A DNA stretch of 64,000 bases from Lachnospiraceae bacterium. Its GTDB lineage: Bacteria > Bacillota > Clostridia > Lachnospirales > Lachnospiraceae. The stretch spans positions 100,109 to 164,108 of the forward strand of contig JAAUZE010000008.1 of NCBI GenBank assembly GCA_014804755.1. Reading direction: 5' to 3'. Each line of letters opens with the position of its first letter. Within the stretch, counting starts at the first letter, position 1. The translations under genes were made by a program, and so were the position numbers. The notes beneath the pieces were generated by a model, which had not been told where the DNA came from, searched no databases, and worked only from the letters and a program-made list of their open reading frames with translations. Positions 19,393-29,425 of this stretch are shown here, piece after piece.

Positions 19393-20580
19393 TTATATAT
19401 CGTACAATTCGTTGTAGAGCTTTTCGGTCAAGGGAACCGCTTGTTCCCATACGTTTAAAAATGTATCATAAAGATGTTTTCCACGGCTTTGTATATCATT
19501 TTCGGAAATTTCTATTATTTCAAATGAAGAATTAGTAATTTGGAGAGGGTATCCTTCGCTGTCACATATTATTGGACTATAAAGCACGGCGTTATCACTT
19601 ATGATTATAGATTCTTTGCGTGGGCATTTGTATAGCCTAATCATTTCGCTTATAGGCAAGTGAAATCTATTTTGCATCCTAACAGCCGCTTCCAAACAGG
19701 TTTGTAAATCTGCTAAGAATCTCCTCTCTTTGTCTTTGCTTACAGCTTTGGTCATAGCTTCGCTTTTTGGATGTGGAAATAGACATTTAAAATCCACCCC
19801 ATTATTTATTCCTTCAATGGCTAGATACTTAAAAAAATCATCATTTTCACCTGTAAATATTTTTTTATTCCTTCTGCCATAAAACCATAAACGTTTGCCT
19901 TGATAATCAATTACATTTCGAATAAGTATTTTCGTAAGAACGCTGGTTGAAAATCCTTTATGAAAAAGAATATGCTCCTTGGTTATTTCAGGACTAACTA
20001 TTGTGAAATTTCCATGGTTGTCCTTCATAATTTGCTCAACCAAATCTCTGCAAGTGTCGGGAATCATTTGTTCACGTTGCAAGATCATTTTAACTTCTTT
20101 TATATATGCATTCCAGTGACTATTGAAGTTTTTGATATCTGTATTAGAATCTTTTGCCAATTCTTGTAAAAAACGTTTGAATTCCTCTCGTGATTTCTTA
20201 AAATTATCATTTTCATTATTTAAACGTATAGGGACATAACGATTTAGAGGTTTATCTACCCATGATGACCAATCGGGAATATGTTCAAATAATATTGGTA
20301 TAACTATACTTCCTCCTGGCTCTGCAAAATGTGCACCATACACTACACCTGCTTCATACATTAACCAAGGATTCTTAAAATTATCTGATGTTATACAAAC
20401 GATACATTTATCACTTCTCAAAAGATTATTATGTATTTCATTATCAACGGATGTCCCTTTATACATATCGGGAGAAAAAAACACTTCAATTTTATTTTCT
20501 AATGTATTCAAGATGAATTTTTTTGTTTCTAATGCTAATAATTTACTTTTATCTTTTGACCAGCTAATAAATATTTCCAC
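19393..20580 (-). CDS. TIR-domain protein with uncharacterised C-terminal domain
   Basis: 'IFISWSKDKS', 'EVFFSPD' and 'CIVCITSDNFKNPWLMYEAGVV' match bacterial TIR boxes, including the putative catalytic Glu. GTG start sits 6 nt after the IR-borne GGAGG. Confidence 0.7.
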   Translation of the reverse strand: MEIFISWSKDKSKLLALETKKFILNTLENKIEVFFSPDMYKGTSVDNEIHNNLLRSDKCIVCITSDNFKNPWLMYEAGVVYGAHFAEPGGSIVIPILFEHIPDWSSWVDKPLNRYVPIRLNNENDNFKKSREEFKRFLQELAKDSNTDIKNFNSHWNAYIKEVKMILQREQMIPDTCRDLVEQIMKDNHGNFTIVSPEITKEHILFHKGFSTSVLTKILIRNVIDYQGKRLWFYGRRNKKIFTGENDDFFKYLAIEGINNGVDFKCLFPHPKSEAMTKAVSKDKERRFLADLQTCLEAAVRMQNRFHLPISEMIRLYKCPRKESIIISDNAVLYSPIICDSEGYPLQITNSSFEIIEISENDIQSRGKHLYDTFLNVWEQAVPLTEKLYNELYDI

Positions 20581-20586
20581 TTTGTT

Positions 20587-20653
20587 CCTCCGATAAATTG
20601 GTGTTTTTCACAATATACAAATCATTATTCAATAGATAATTTCTTATTATCCT
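20587..20653. repeat. IR-R: reverse-complement copy of IR-L
   Basis: 100% identity over 67 bp to 18634-18700 in inverted orientation. Confidence 0.9.
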
Positions 20654-21025
20654 TTATCTTTAGAAACTACATCAACAGATACCGTTGAATACTTATTCGT
20701 CCAGCCCGTCAGACGACCTTTTATTACCCAATAACAAATGATCCAGTAGCATCCCATCTACCTAATTTTGTATTGTACTACACGATTGTGCGTATTTCAA
20801 CATCTTTCTCAAATATTCAGTAAATACATACAAGCATTCTTAACTGCTGTCTTTTGCCATGAATATTAAGTTTGCTAATCTCGCCGCTTTACACTATCCA
20901 AGATTTATGAGAAAATGGTTCTGAATTAAGTCAAAACAGTTGAATAAAGTTGCGCAAAGCCCAACTTGCCAATATATACCCATTAACACAGTCTCCGTTG
21001 CTGGAGTATGCGAAAGGAGTCCATC

Positions 21026-21559
21026 ATGTTCTACACCCTCAAAAACGGAAAATCAGTCACTATCAGAAAACCAATCACCAAGGACGCGCAGGACATCGTC
21101 TCCATCATTTCCACCGCAGATGTGGAGACGTTGTTTTTGGCGCGTAATCCGGGCGAGTTCCGCACGACCGCGGAGCGAGAAGAAGCGGTCATTGAAGGCG
21201 TCTTAGCCGATGATGACAGCACATGGTTTGTGGCAGAATACGAGGGCAGGCTGGTAGGTCAATGCTCTGTGGGACTTGTGAGGCGGTATCAGAGATATCG
21301 GCATAGAGCTGAGGTTGCGTTTGTGATCCTGAAAGATTATCAAGACTTAGGAATCGGTGGGAAGATGATGGAGGAATGCATCAAGTGGTGCAGGGAGAAA
21401 GAAGTCACGCAGATCGAACTGGATGTGGTCACAGCCAATCAAAAAGCGCTTTCCATGTATTTGGGCTTTGGATTTGAAGTGACAGGGACCTTGCCGAATG
21501 CATTGCGCTATATGGACGGGACATACGCAGACGAATATAAAATGGTAAAGCGTCTGTAG
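21026..21559 (+). CDS. GNAT N-acetyltransferase
   Basis: 'ILKDYQDLGIGGKMM' motif A. SD AAAGGAG. Confidence 0.75.
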   Translation: MFYTLKNGKSVTIRKPITKDAQDIVSIISTADVETLFLARNPGEFRTTAEREEAVIEGVLADDDSTWFVAEYEGRLVGQCSVGLVRRYQRYRHRAEVAFVILKDYQDLGIGGKMMEECIKWCREKEVTQIELDVVTANQKALSMYLGFGFEVTGTLPNALRYMDGTYADEYKMVKRL

Positions 21560-21703
21560 AAAAAAGATTTCATATCCAATGAAAGATGTTGCAAGCGATT
21601 TTGAGGCATAACGGCTGAAAGGACACGCTCTTTTTAAAATGGTGTGTCTTCAGAAAAGCGCGTATTCTTGTTTATCAAATTGGAGTTAGAGGAGAAAATC
21701 TGT

Positions 21704-22564
21704 ATGGCAGATGACGCACTTACCTGGTTGTTGGAGACAGGAAATCCGGCGGTAAAACATAGGACAAAAATAGAATTACTTGGGCTGGAGGATGACCCAG
21801 CTGAAGCATTCACATGGATTGTGTCAAAACTGCCTGACGATTGGTACAGAGTAAAAGGTTTGTGGTATGCATATTATATCAATGCTCTGGCAGAATGTGG
21901 TCTGAATCAATCCATGATGCCGTCCGAATGGTTCGAAACAGCAATGGACAGAATTCGGGCAGGCTTTGACTTTGGCTGCGAAGCATTCATGCTATTACAG
22001 GCAATGGTTGCCCTTGGATTTGGTGGAAATCCTGATGTGCAGAAAATATTTGCGCTGTTGCATGATAATCGCTTACCGGACGGAGGTTTTCTTTGCGAAA
22101 GACGAAAAGGCAGACTAAAGTATATTCCTAAAAGTTGTTATAAAGCAGATTATTATGCGTTAAGATTATGCTCATGTTGCCGCAAAAAGGGAATCATTCT
22201 CGATATAGAACAGGAGTTAATTCGTTATTTTCTGAGCAGAAATTTATTATTTAGACGGGATAATTTGGATAAATTAATACTTGGGGATAATGAGAAAGAA
22301 GGCTCGCGCAATTCAGATGTATTCTATCCGTTTGAACCGATGCGAATGGGAATTCAAAACATTATGGAAACGATTTCCTCACTTGGGTACGGAAATGATC
22401 CTGCAACTGCAGCCGGTTGGAATTGCTTGAATTCAGCAAAAGATGATATAGGGCGGGTAATTCTGGCCGGTACACTTACGAAGTCTTGGTTGCCAAAGGA
22501 AAAAGTAGGAAAACCAAGTGCGTGGGCAACGTTTTATGCGCTATTGGCTGAAAAAGAACGATAA
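21704..22564 (+). CDS. hypothetical protein
   Basis: SD GAGGAG before the ATG at 21704; no confident domain assignment. Confidence 0.5.
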   Translation: MADDALTWLLETGNPAVKHRTKIELLGLEDDPAEAFTWIVSKLPDDWYRVKGLWYAYYINALAECGLNQSMMPSEWFETAMDRIRAGFDFGCEAFMLLQAMVALGFGGNPDVQKIFALLHDNRLPDGGFLCERRKGRLKYIPKSCYKADYYALRLCSCCRKKGIILDIEQELIRYFLSRNLLFRRDNLDKLILGDNEKEGSRNSDVFYPFEPMRMGIQNIMETISSLGYGNDPATAAGWNCLNSAKDDIGRVILAGTLTKSWLPKEKVGKPSAWATFYALLAEKER

Positions 22565-22687
22565 ATCTTGAATTGCTGGACGTGACACCACAATTATAAC
22601 CACGAAAATGATACTTCCTTTTTGGAAGCGTTTGCCTTCTGAAAATAGCTTATACTGATTCTCAATACATCCGAATTGAGGGGAGAA

Positions 22688-23362
22688 ATGATAAAGGCGA
22701 TATACTTTGATTTGTTTTTTACATTGATTGTTCCGGCATACGAAAAAATAAATAATGAATTTGATATATTAAATTTGTCTGTTGGCGAGTGGGAACAGTA
22801 CGCCGAAAATGATATTTTATATCGTGAAAGGGCTTTGGGTTTCGTTAAAAATGAAAGAGAGATAATAGATAATATCGTGTCTCTTATGCCGTTTGAGGTT
22901 AGTATTGTTCAAAAACAGCAAGTTTTGAATGCTCGTGAAAAGAGGATGCAAAATGCCCTAAAAATGGTATCAAAAGAAATATTAGACGTTTTACAAAAAT
23001 TAAAAGCAGAGAATATCAAATTAGGGCTGATAAGTAATGCAGACTGCATTGATTGTAAATATTGGAACCAATCACCGTTATCTCCGTATTTTGATGATGC
23101 CATCTTTTCGTGTGACGTCGGATTGCTAAAGCCTGATAGACAGATTTATGAGTTAGCAATGCAGCGTTTGCATGTATCTCCGGAGGACAGTCTGTTTGTT
23201 GGTGACGGAGGTTCAAATGAATTATGCGATGCAAAGGAGGCAGGTATGGGTACTGTTTTTTCAGAAATGCTTGAAACGAAAAACGATGAGCAGAAAAAAA
23301 CAATTATCAAATATGCAGATTATCATATTAAGCATATGAGCGAACTGTTTTATTTGCTGTAA
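22688..23362 (+). CDS. HAD-family hydrolase
   Basis: 'IYFDLFFTL' (motif I-like), 'LISNAD' and 'FVGDGGSNEL' (motif IV). Confidence 0.7.
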   Translation: MIKAIYFDLFFTLIVPAYEKINNEFDILNLSVGEWEQYAENDILYRERALGFVKNEREIIDNIVSLMPFEVSIVQKQQVLNAREKRMQNALKMVSKEILDVLQKLKAENIKLGLISNADCIDCKYWNQSPLSPYFDDAIFSCDVGLLKPDRQIYELAMQRLHVSPEDSLFVGDGGSNELCDAKEAGMGTVFSEMLETKNDEQKKTIIKYADYHIKHMSELFYLL

Positions 23363-23452
23363 AGAAAAACTTCCGCTTTATCCAACAGCCAATCAAAAGC
23401 GCTTTCTATGTATCCATGAGTCAGAATATAAATTTAGTAGGAGGATTTCTGC

Positions 23453-23929
23453 ATGCCAATACAAATATCAGCCCAAGAGACAATCAATGCACTAAATGCA
23501 ATTTTTGAGAAACATAAAATGGAGCGTATTTGTGTTTTGGGAACAACATGTTGTGGTAAGACAACCTTGTTAAAACAAATTCCTGGTTGTGTAGATTTGG
23601 ATGATGAATTATGGCCGCAATTAACCAAAGAAGAAGCAGATTTTATCAGCCAAAAACCATGGACAAATGAAATTGGTGACTTTATAGATAAACTGGTTTA
23701 TGAAAAAATATCAGTAAAAGTTGGTCATCCGTTGTTCACTACAATCATTGTAGATTGCGATGTAGTAATATATTTGGATATCAGCGATGAGTTATTGGCT
23801 GAACATTGTAAGAAGCGGGGAAATGATTTTAAAGATTCCATAAATGTAAAGAAATCTATAGAAGGAGATTGGAATAATCACAGAAAAAGTGGTGGAAAAA
23901 CTTTTTATTATTTAACCGTCAATGAGTAA
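23453..23929 (+). CDS. P-loop kinase-like protein
   Basis: Walker A 'GTTCCGKTT'. SD AGGAGGA. Confidence 0.6.
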   Translation: MPIQISAQETINALNAIFEKHKMERICVLGTTCCGKTTLLKQIPGCVDLDDELWPQLTKEEADFISQKPWTNEIGDFIDKLVYEKISVKVGHPLFTTIIVDCDVVIYLDISDELLAEHCKKRGNDFKDSINVKKSIEGDWNNHRKSGGKTFYYLTVNE

Positions 23930-24007
23930 TAATCATGAAAAGAGAACTATAAAAAATAGCATCGCAGGGATACAACAGCATACCACCCGATGAGGAGCCA
24001 AAACCAT

Positions 24008-25162
24008 ATGGAACATAAAGGGACGGTCAGAAAAGAAACAGAAAGCTTGATCTTGCCGGAAATAAAAGAAAATAAACAGATCAAAGGCCTGAAACTGTGC
24101 GAAGACTTTTTCAACGATTGCGCAAAAGCAATTCTTGATGAAAACTTTCCTGAATTAAGATATTCAGCAGGGCTGATCGGCTATGGTTCCGATGTGTTAG
24201 GGTATGATGATGCCGTATCAACAGATCACATGTGGGGACCGCGGTTTTATCTTTTTTTAAGTAAAGAGGATCTGTCAAAAAAGAATGACATCCTTTCGGT
24301 ATTATCCGAAAAGCTCCCTTATACATACGAGGGTTATAGCGTGAATTTCACAGAACCCGATCCGAATGACTGCGGCGTGCAGCATCCCAAACTGATCAGC
24401 GAAGGAAAAGTGAATCCGCTGATCTTCATTTACACATTTGAGGAGTATTTGACGGAACAGATTGGGAAGTCCGATTTAGATCATATCAGTCCGCTAGAGT
24501 GGCTTGCGTTTTCGGAACACAGATTGTTATCATTGGTTTCGGGAAAATTCTTTGTCGATCAGCTAAATTGTGTCGGGACGATCTCCAAGCTGATATACTA
24601 TCCGAAGGACGTAAAGCTGTATCTGATCGCCTCCAATTGGGAATGCATCGCATCGGAGCAGGCTTTTATGAAACGTTGCGGCGCATGCGGGGACGAGATC
24701 GGTTCACGGATCATCTGCGCCAGAATTGCGGAGCGCCTGATGAGGTTATGTTTTTTGTATCAGGACACGTACGCGCCGTATAGCAAGTGGTTCGGAACGG
24801 CATTCAGTAAACTGCCGATTGCTGAGAAAATAAAGCGGGCGATAGAAGGCGCGCTGACTGCGAATTGTTTGACAGAACGGGAAGACCGACTCATCGAAGC
24901 ACAGGCGTTGGTCGCGGATATGCATAATGCAAGCGGGCTTACCGAGTTTGTTGCTTATCAGATCGAAAGCTATTTCGGCAGAAATATCAAGGTGATCTTT
25001 GCCGACAAGTTTGTTGAGGCAACAGTTAAAGAACTGAAAGGAACGGTATTTGAGAACATGCCGTTGATCGGGACATTCAGTCAGATCGGCGGACTCGCGG
25101 GATTTGCCGATGAAAAGGAATCTTACGGGCGGATGGCGAGATTATACTGCGGTGATGAATGA
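24008..25162 (+). CDS. hypothetical protein (possible nucleotidyltransferase-like fold)
   Basis: 'LIGYGSDVLGYDDAVSTDHMWG' resembles a nucleotidyltransferase G[SG]...D.D segment. Confidence 0.5.
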   Translation: MEHKGTVRKETESLILPEIKENKQIKGLKLCEDFFNDCAKAILDENFPELRYSAGLIGYGSDVLGYDDAVSTDHMWGPRFYLFLSKEDLSKKNDILSVLSEKLPYTYEGYSVNFTEPDPNDCGVQHPKLISEGKVNPLIFIYTFEEYLTEQIGKSDLDHISPLEWLAFSEHRLLSLVSGKFFVDQLNCVGTISKLIYYPKDVKLYLIASNWECIASEQAFMKRCGACGDEIGSRIICARIAERLMRLCFLYQDTYAPYSKWFGTAFSKLPIAEKIKRAIEGALTANCLTEREDRLIEAQALVADMHNASGLTEFVAYQIESYFGRNIKVIFADKFVEATVKELKGTVFENMPLIGTFSQIGGLAGFADEKESYGRMARLYCGDE

Positions 25163-25270
25163 GATGGTTAGATGATTGTAAAACGCTAACAACTTCACTA
25201 GTTCATATTGAGTTTTCTGGCCGCCTATGATAATATTCAGAGCAACAAATCGGGACCTGCGGAGGACAAT

Positions 25271-25747
25271 ATGGAGATTTATTCCAATCAGGTTGATGAA
25301 GCAATTAGGATTATGAAGGAAGTTGCTATGTGGGGGCGGAATAAGGGCTTTCGCATATGGCGGGATGAATGGCTGACAAAAGAAGAACTGATTACAATAG
25401 ATGCGCAGCCGGAGAACTTTTATATTGGTAAAATGGATGGTGTTGCAGTCTGTGCGTTTATTTTACAATGGAGGGATTCAGAGTACTGGCCTGATGCGGA
25501 AAATGAAGCTGTGTATTTGCACAAGCTTTGTGTAAGACGTGAATTTGCCGGTAAAAACATGACGCGCTTCATCATAGAAGCAATCAAGCAGCTTTGCAAA
25601 AAGAAGGGAATAAGGTATATACGGTTAGATACAGCACTTGATGAAAAGGTTGTAAGAAAGATATATTTAAAATTGGGATTTAAAATTGTGGATATTATAG
25701 ATTACCCCAATGGACGCTCTATGGCATTGTATGAGTTAGAGGTATAA
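25271..25747 (+). CDS. GNAT N-acetyltransferase
   Basis: 'LCVRREFAGKNMTRFII' motif A. SD GGAGGA. Confidence 0.7.
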   Translation: MEIYSNQVDEAIRIMKEVAMWGRNKGFRIWRDEWLTKEELITIDAQPENFYIGKMDGVAVCAFILQWRDSEYWPDAENEAVYLHKLCVRREFAGKNMTRFIIEAIKQLCKKKGIRYIRLDTALDEKVVRKIYLKLGFKIVDIIDYPNGRSMALYELEV

Positions 25748-25831
25748 ATATCTGTTTATCGGGTTGCTATCTGTTATGGCTGGCAACCCTAATCTGAAAA
25801 GGGAGAACACAAAAACCAAATGGATGGGTGA

Positions 25832-26404
25832 ATGATTCACATGAGTTCTTTATTGCAATCAACAAGAAACACGCGGGTGCTGCCGACAGGTACGATGCGA
25901 TATATTAGGAGCGATGTTCCGGAAAATTTGACTGGTCAGGAAATTCAGTGGCTGCTGGATCAGCATGTAACAACGATTGTGGATTTAAGGTCGGAGGAAG
26001 AATGTGTGAGAAGACCATGCTGTCTGAAAGGACAGGATGGTTTTAAGTATTTTCATCTCCCGGTTACCGGCGGTGGCGATACGCCCAAATCACTGGAACA
26101 TCTTCATGTGGTATATCGACAGATGATAGATGAAAAAATGGACAAGATCATCGATACAATCATGGGTGCGGAATCGAACGTGATGTATTTCTGTACAGCA
26201 GGCAAGGACCGTACCGGCGTCGTATCAGCAATGATCTTGAAACGGCTGGGATTCAGTAATGAAGTGATCATCAATGATTATATGGAGTCAAAGGATAATT
26301 TAATGGAGATGCTCACGGCATATGTGACTGAGCATCCGGAAGTGGATATCGAAATCATCATACCGCACAGGGAAAATATGGAACAATTGTTGAAACGTTT
26401 ATAG
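25832..26404 (+). CDS. protein-tyrosine/dual-specificity phosphatase
   Basis: CX5R P-loop 'CTAGKDRTGV'. Confidence 0.7.
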   Translation: MIHMSSLLQSTRNTRVLPTGTMRYIRSDVPENLTGQEIQWLLDQHVTTIVDLRSEEECVRRPCCLKGQDGFKYFHLPVTGGGDTPKSLEHLHVVYRQMIDEKMDKIIDTIMGAESNVMYFCTAGKDRTGVVSAMILKRLGFSNEVIINDYMESKDNLMEMLTAYVTEHPEVDIEIIIPHRENMEQLLKRL

Positions 26405-26513
26405 AGTTCAGAACGGTCACGTTATCAGGAACATACAAACGTGATGGAATTTTTTTGATGTAAATGCAAATGGCTTGTAATGGAGCAGAAAAGTCGGTAC
26501 GAGGTGACGAAAC

Positions 26514-27044
26514 ATGAGAAAAATCAGTTTATTTATTGCAATGAGCCTCGATGGGTATATAGCGGATAGTAAGGGCGGTGTCGATTGGCTGAAAGGACAA
26601 AGTAGCGATGAAGAGAATATTGACACCTATTCCGAGTTTGTAAAGAATATTGATACAATATTGATGGGGTGGAATACTTATCATCAAGTAGTTACAGAAC
26701 TTTCTCCCAATGAGTGGGTGTATAATGATTTTACAACTTATGTAATTACGCACAATGAGTATACTTCTTCAGAAAAAATTCGATTTACAAGCACAAATCC
26801 TGTTGATTTGATAAAAAGCTTAAAAAAAGAAAACGGAAAAGGTATTTGGATATGCGGTGGAGCTAATCTTATTCAGCAGTTAATAAATGAGGACTTAATT
26901 GACTGCTATTATATTACTATAATTCCAACACTTTTAGGCTCTGGTATTCGGCTTTTTGAAAATGCAAAATCTGAAATTAAGCTAAGATTGCGTAATATAC
27001 AGTCATATAATGGTATGGCAGATTTGATCTATACACGAAGATAA
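26514..27044 (+). CDS. dihydrofolate reductase family protein (RibD C-terminal-like)
   Basis: 'ISLFIAMSLDGYIADSKGGVDWL' and 'WICGGANL' motifs. Confidence 0.75.
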   Translation: MRKISLFIAMSLDGYIADSKGGVDWLKGQSSDEENIDTYSEFVKNIDTILMGWNTYHQVVTELSPNEWVYNDFTTYVITHNEYTSSEKIRFTSTNPVDLIKSLKKENGKGIWICGGANLIQQLINEDLIDCYYITIIPTLLGSGIRLFENAKSEIKLRLRNIQSYNGMADLIYTRR

Positions 27045-27169
27045 CTTGGCATTTATAGAGGGGATGGATATGACGGAAAAAGCTTTATTGTGGAATAGAT
27101 TTATTGAGGGAATTTGTAAAAAGTGCGTGGAGAAAATTTTTCGGGAGATTAGGGCGTAAGTGAGCAGCA

Positions 27170-28165
27170 TCATGTGGAAACCTGTCTTTGCAGTCTCGCT
27201 TTCAGACTGTTCAGGAATCTTTCATTTTCGAGCACAGTAAGCATAGGCCCAAAGGACATGACTTCAATCAGCAGTTCGGTCTCCATATTCCGGTTATAAT
27301 AGATGACGCATTCATAGGTATCCTCATCTATTTTTGTAGTATTTTTTTCATAGTTTGCAAAGTGCAGCATGGCACGCTCAAGGGCATTGCGTTTGTTGAC
27401 AATGCGCAGTTTAAGAGGTTCTTTATAGTAAGAACGCTGAATCATCGCGTCTAAGTCCACAGGGGAGGATAGCGTTTTTGGCATCAGTTTTACGCTCTGA
27501 ATACGGGAAACATTCAGAATTTCCAGCTTCATTCTTCCGTCCGCTTTAGCTTCATGGTGCGAATCTGAATCAAAAGCCGGACGGCAAGGTTTCAAGGCGA
27601 GAATCCGGAATTTGTCATTTTTGACCGAGTATTCCAGACGGGCGGGGATATAGTGGTGATGTACGCGGTTCCCGTTGGGCGCGGTGTAGTCGATGTCCAC
27701 GTACTGTTTCTGTTTCTGTGCCTGAAGCAGAGTCCGAAAGCAGTGGCGGTAATTTTCATCCTCGTAAGGGTCGCTGTCGGCGAACCGATCGAAATAATAG
27801 AACTGTTCCGGTCTCCAAAGCGGAGCAACGGAAGCCAGCATTTTATCCAATGTTTCCAGCTGATCCTGTTCCAGGAACAACCCTATGCGCGGGTCGGACA
27901 GCAGTGCCTTAAGATAGGACTTCTCAAGGCTGGAAACAGGGGTGATAAAGGAGGATGAGAGACGGGAATGGTATAGCTTCCCATCCTTTTCAAATAAATT
28001 CCATGTCCCGTCTTCCAGCCTGGGGATTATGGAGAGCAGGCTCTCCTCAAAACCTTCGTCGCAGATCCGGCGGCGGATGTCTTGCATGGTCAGTGCGTCC
28101 TGACTGCACAGTAAATGTCTTAATACCTGGTAGTAACAGCTATATATTTCTGAGAATACTTCCAT
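27170..28165 (-). CDS. WYL-domain protein with WCX-like C-terminus
   Basis: 'YVDIDYTAPNGNRVHHHYIPARLEYSVKNDKFRILALK' is a WYL-like beta-barrel and the C-terminal '...PMLTVLENERFLNSLKARL' is WCX-like. Lies 15 nt downstream of its paralog. Confidence 0.6.
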   Translation of the reverse strand: MEVFSEIYSCYYQVLRHLLCSQDALTMQDIRRRICDEGFEESLLSIIPRLEDGTWNLFEKDGKLYHSRLSSSFITPVSSLEKSYLKALLSDPRIGLFLEQDQLETLDKMLASVAPLWRPEQFYYFDRFADSDPYEDENYRHCFRTLLQAQKQKQYVDIDYTAPNGNRVHHHYIPARLEYSVKNDKFRILALKPCRPAFDSDSHHEAKADGRMKLEILNVSRIQSVKLMPKTLSSPVDLDAMIQRSYYKEPLKLRIVNKRNALERAMLHFANYEKNTTKIDEDTYECVIYYNRNMETELLIEVMSFGPMLTVLENERFLNSLKARLQRQVST

Positions 28166-28180
28166 AGGTCTTCTTCCTTT

Positions 28181-29425
28181 TCAAGAGTTGTCCTTTATTT
28201 GGTACATCCGGCACATTGTCTGTAGATCCCGATAAAAGCGATGTTCCACGGATTTGTCCGTACATTCCAGAGACAAGATCCTGCCTATGAAGGTGCGGAT
28301 CCAGGGCAGCATCTCATTGCAGTCGAATACTTCTATTTCGTACTGATAAACATTACGTTCTATTCTTGTGACCGTACCGCCTCTGCCCTCACGCTTTAAA
28401 CGTTCCACAATATATTGTTCGGAAGGTTCCAGAGCCTGTATTGTCATAGTCAGCCGGTTAAGGTGGTGTCGGGCATTCCCCTGAAAGGATACGCCCCACA
28501 GATGGCAGCGGTTCCGATCCAGCTGTGCCAGCAGTTCCTCATATTTCTCCGATTGGTCTAAGAGAGTGACGGTTTTGACGGTATCCAGGCGGTAGCAGGT
28601 GAAACGCTTACTTTTTTTCGCATATCCGCATAGAAAACGGCGGCCGCTTCTGGTGCTGGTGAAAATCTGCAGGGGCGTACAGTCGGCGGTATTCAGTGCT
28701 CCGTTTTTGGAGCTTTTTATTTCCAGACGTACATCTGTCTTATGGTTCATGGCATTCAGAAGGTCGAAAAGGATTTCCTCCTCCAAAGTATGTACGCAGA
28801 AGCTGTGTTTCACCCGGAAGGTCCGGTTGTGATGATCAAACTGTTCCGAAAGGTGGTTTCCGATGATCCCGAAGCTCCCTGCCATCTGGTAAAATGCAAG
28901 GGCGTCCAGCATGCTCTCATTGGATTTTATCCAGACAGCCAGAGAATTATCGATGGAAAAAACGATGGTTTTCCCAGATTTCTTTTTATGTAACAGCCCT
29001 TCTTTTTCATAGGCGTTGCATTTTCGGCGAACGGTCTGTATATCGAACAGCGCCTCATATTTCTCAAGCAGGCCGCCTGTTATTTCCTCCGCAGTCAATT
29101 CTGCGCCGTCCTGAAGCAGATCAAGTATCAGAAAATGGAGCACGATATCGTTGTCGGTGAAGCTTTTCGTCTTCCATACCCGAAACAGAGGGTTGGTATC
29201 CAGCAGGTTACTGTCTATGGCGAGAGAAATGTTGGAGCCGTTAGACACATGGTCTTTCCGCACATGATTCCCAAGCCAGCTTTCCAGTCGCCTCCGTTCA
29301 TTGTCGTAGGTTCGGGGGCTTTTGTCCTTGAATTCATCTCTGGTCTTGAAGCCGTAGACAAAAAAATCACGCACATATTCTCTTGTTTTGGGAAAGCTTT
29401 TGACCAGCTCCTGAAAATCAGACAT
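28181..29425 (-). CDS. HTH-WYL-WCX transcriptional regulator-like protein
   Basis: N-terminal wHTH 'KSPRTYDNERRRLESWL', a WYL-like 'PLQIFTSTRSGRRFLCGY' and C-terminal 'IQALEPSEQYIVERLK'. Confidence 0.6.
   Translation of the reverse strand: MSDFQELVKSFPKTREYVRDFFVYGFKTRDEFKDKSPRTYDNERRRLESWLGNHVRKDHVSNGSNISLAIDSNLLDTNPLFRVWKTKSFTDNDIVLHFLILDLLQDGAELTAEEITGGLLEKYEALFDIQTVRRKCNAYEKEGLLHKKKSGKTIVFSIDNSLAVWIKSNESMLDALAFYQMAGSFGIIGNHLSEQFDHHNRTFRVKHSFCVHTLEEEILFDLLNAMNHKTDVRLEIKSSKNGALNTADCTPLQIFTSTRSGRRFLCGYAKKSKRFTCYRLDTVKTVTLLDQSEKYEELLAQLDRNRCHLWGVSFQGNARHHLNRLTMTIQALEPSEQYIVERLKREGRGGTVTRIERNVYQYEIEVFDCNEMLPWIRTFIGRILSLECTDKSVEHRFYRDLQTMCRMYQIKDNS

Larger units (their letters stand above)
18701..20586. 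mobile_element. putative invertible DNA segment (inverton) carrying two convergent genes
   Basis: Bracketed by perfect 67-bp inverted repeats next to a tyrosine recombinase; AT-rich relative to flanks. Confidence 0.55.

Noticed and set aside
18634-20653. Inverted repeats as the terminal repeats of an IS or transposon
   Set aside because: No transposase lies between them; both enclosed genes are non-transposase. The repeats are 67 bp and perfectly identical, include the Shine-Dalgarno sequences, and a tyrosine recombinase sits just outside. This fits an invertible segment better.
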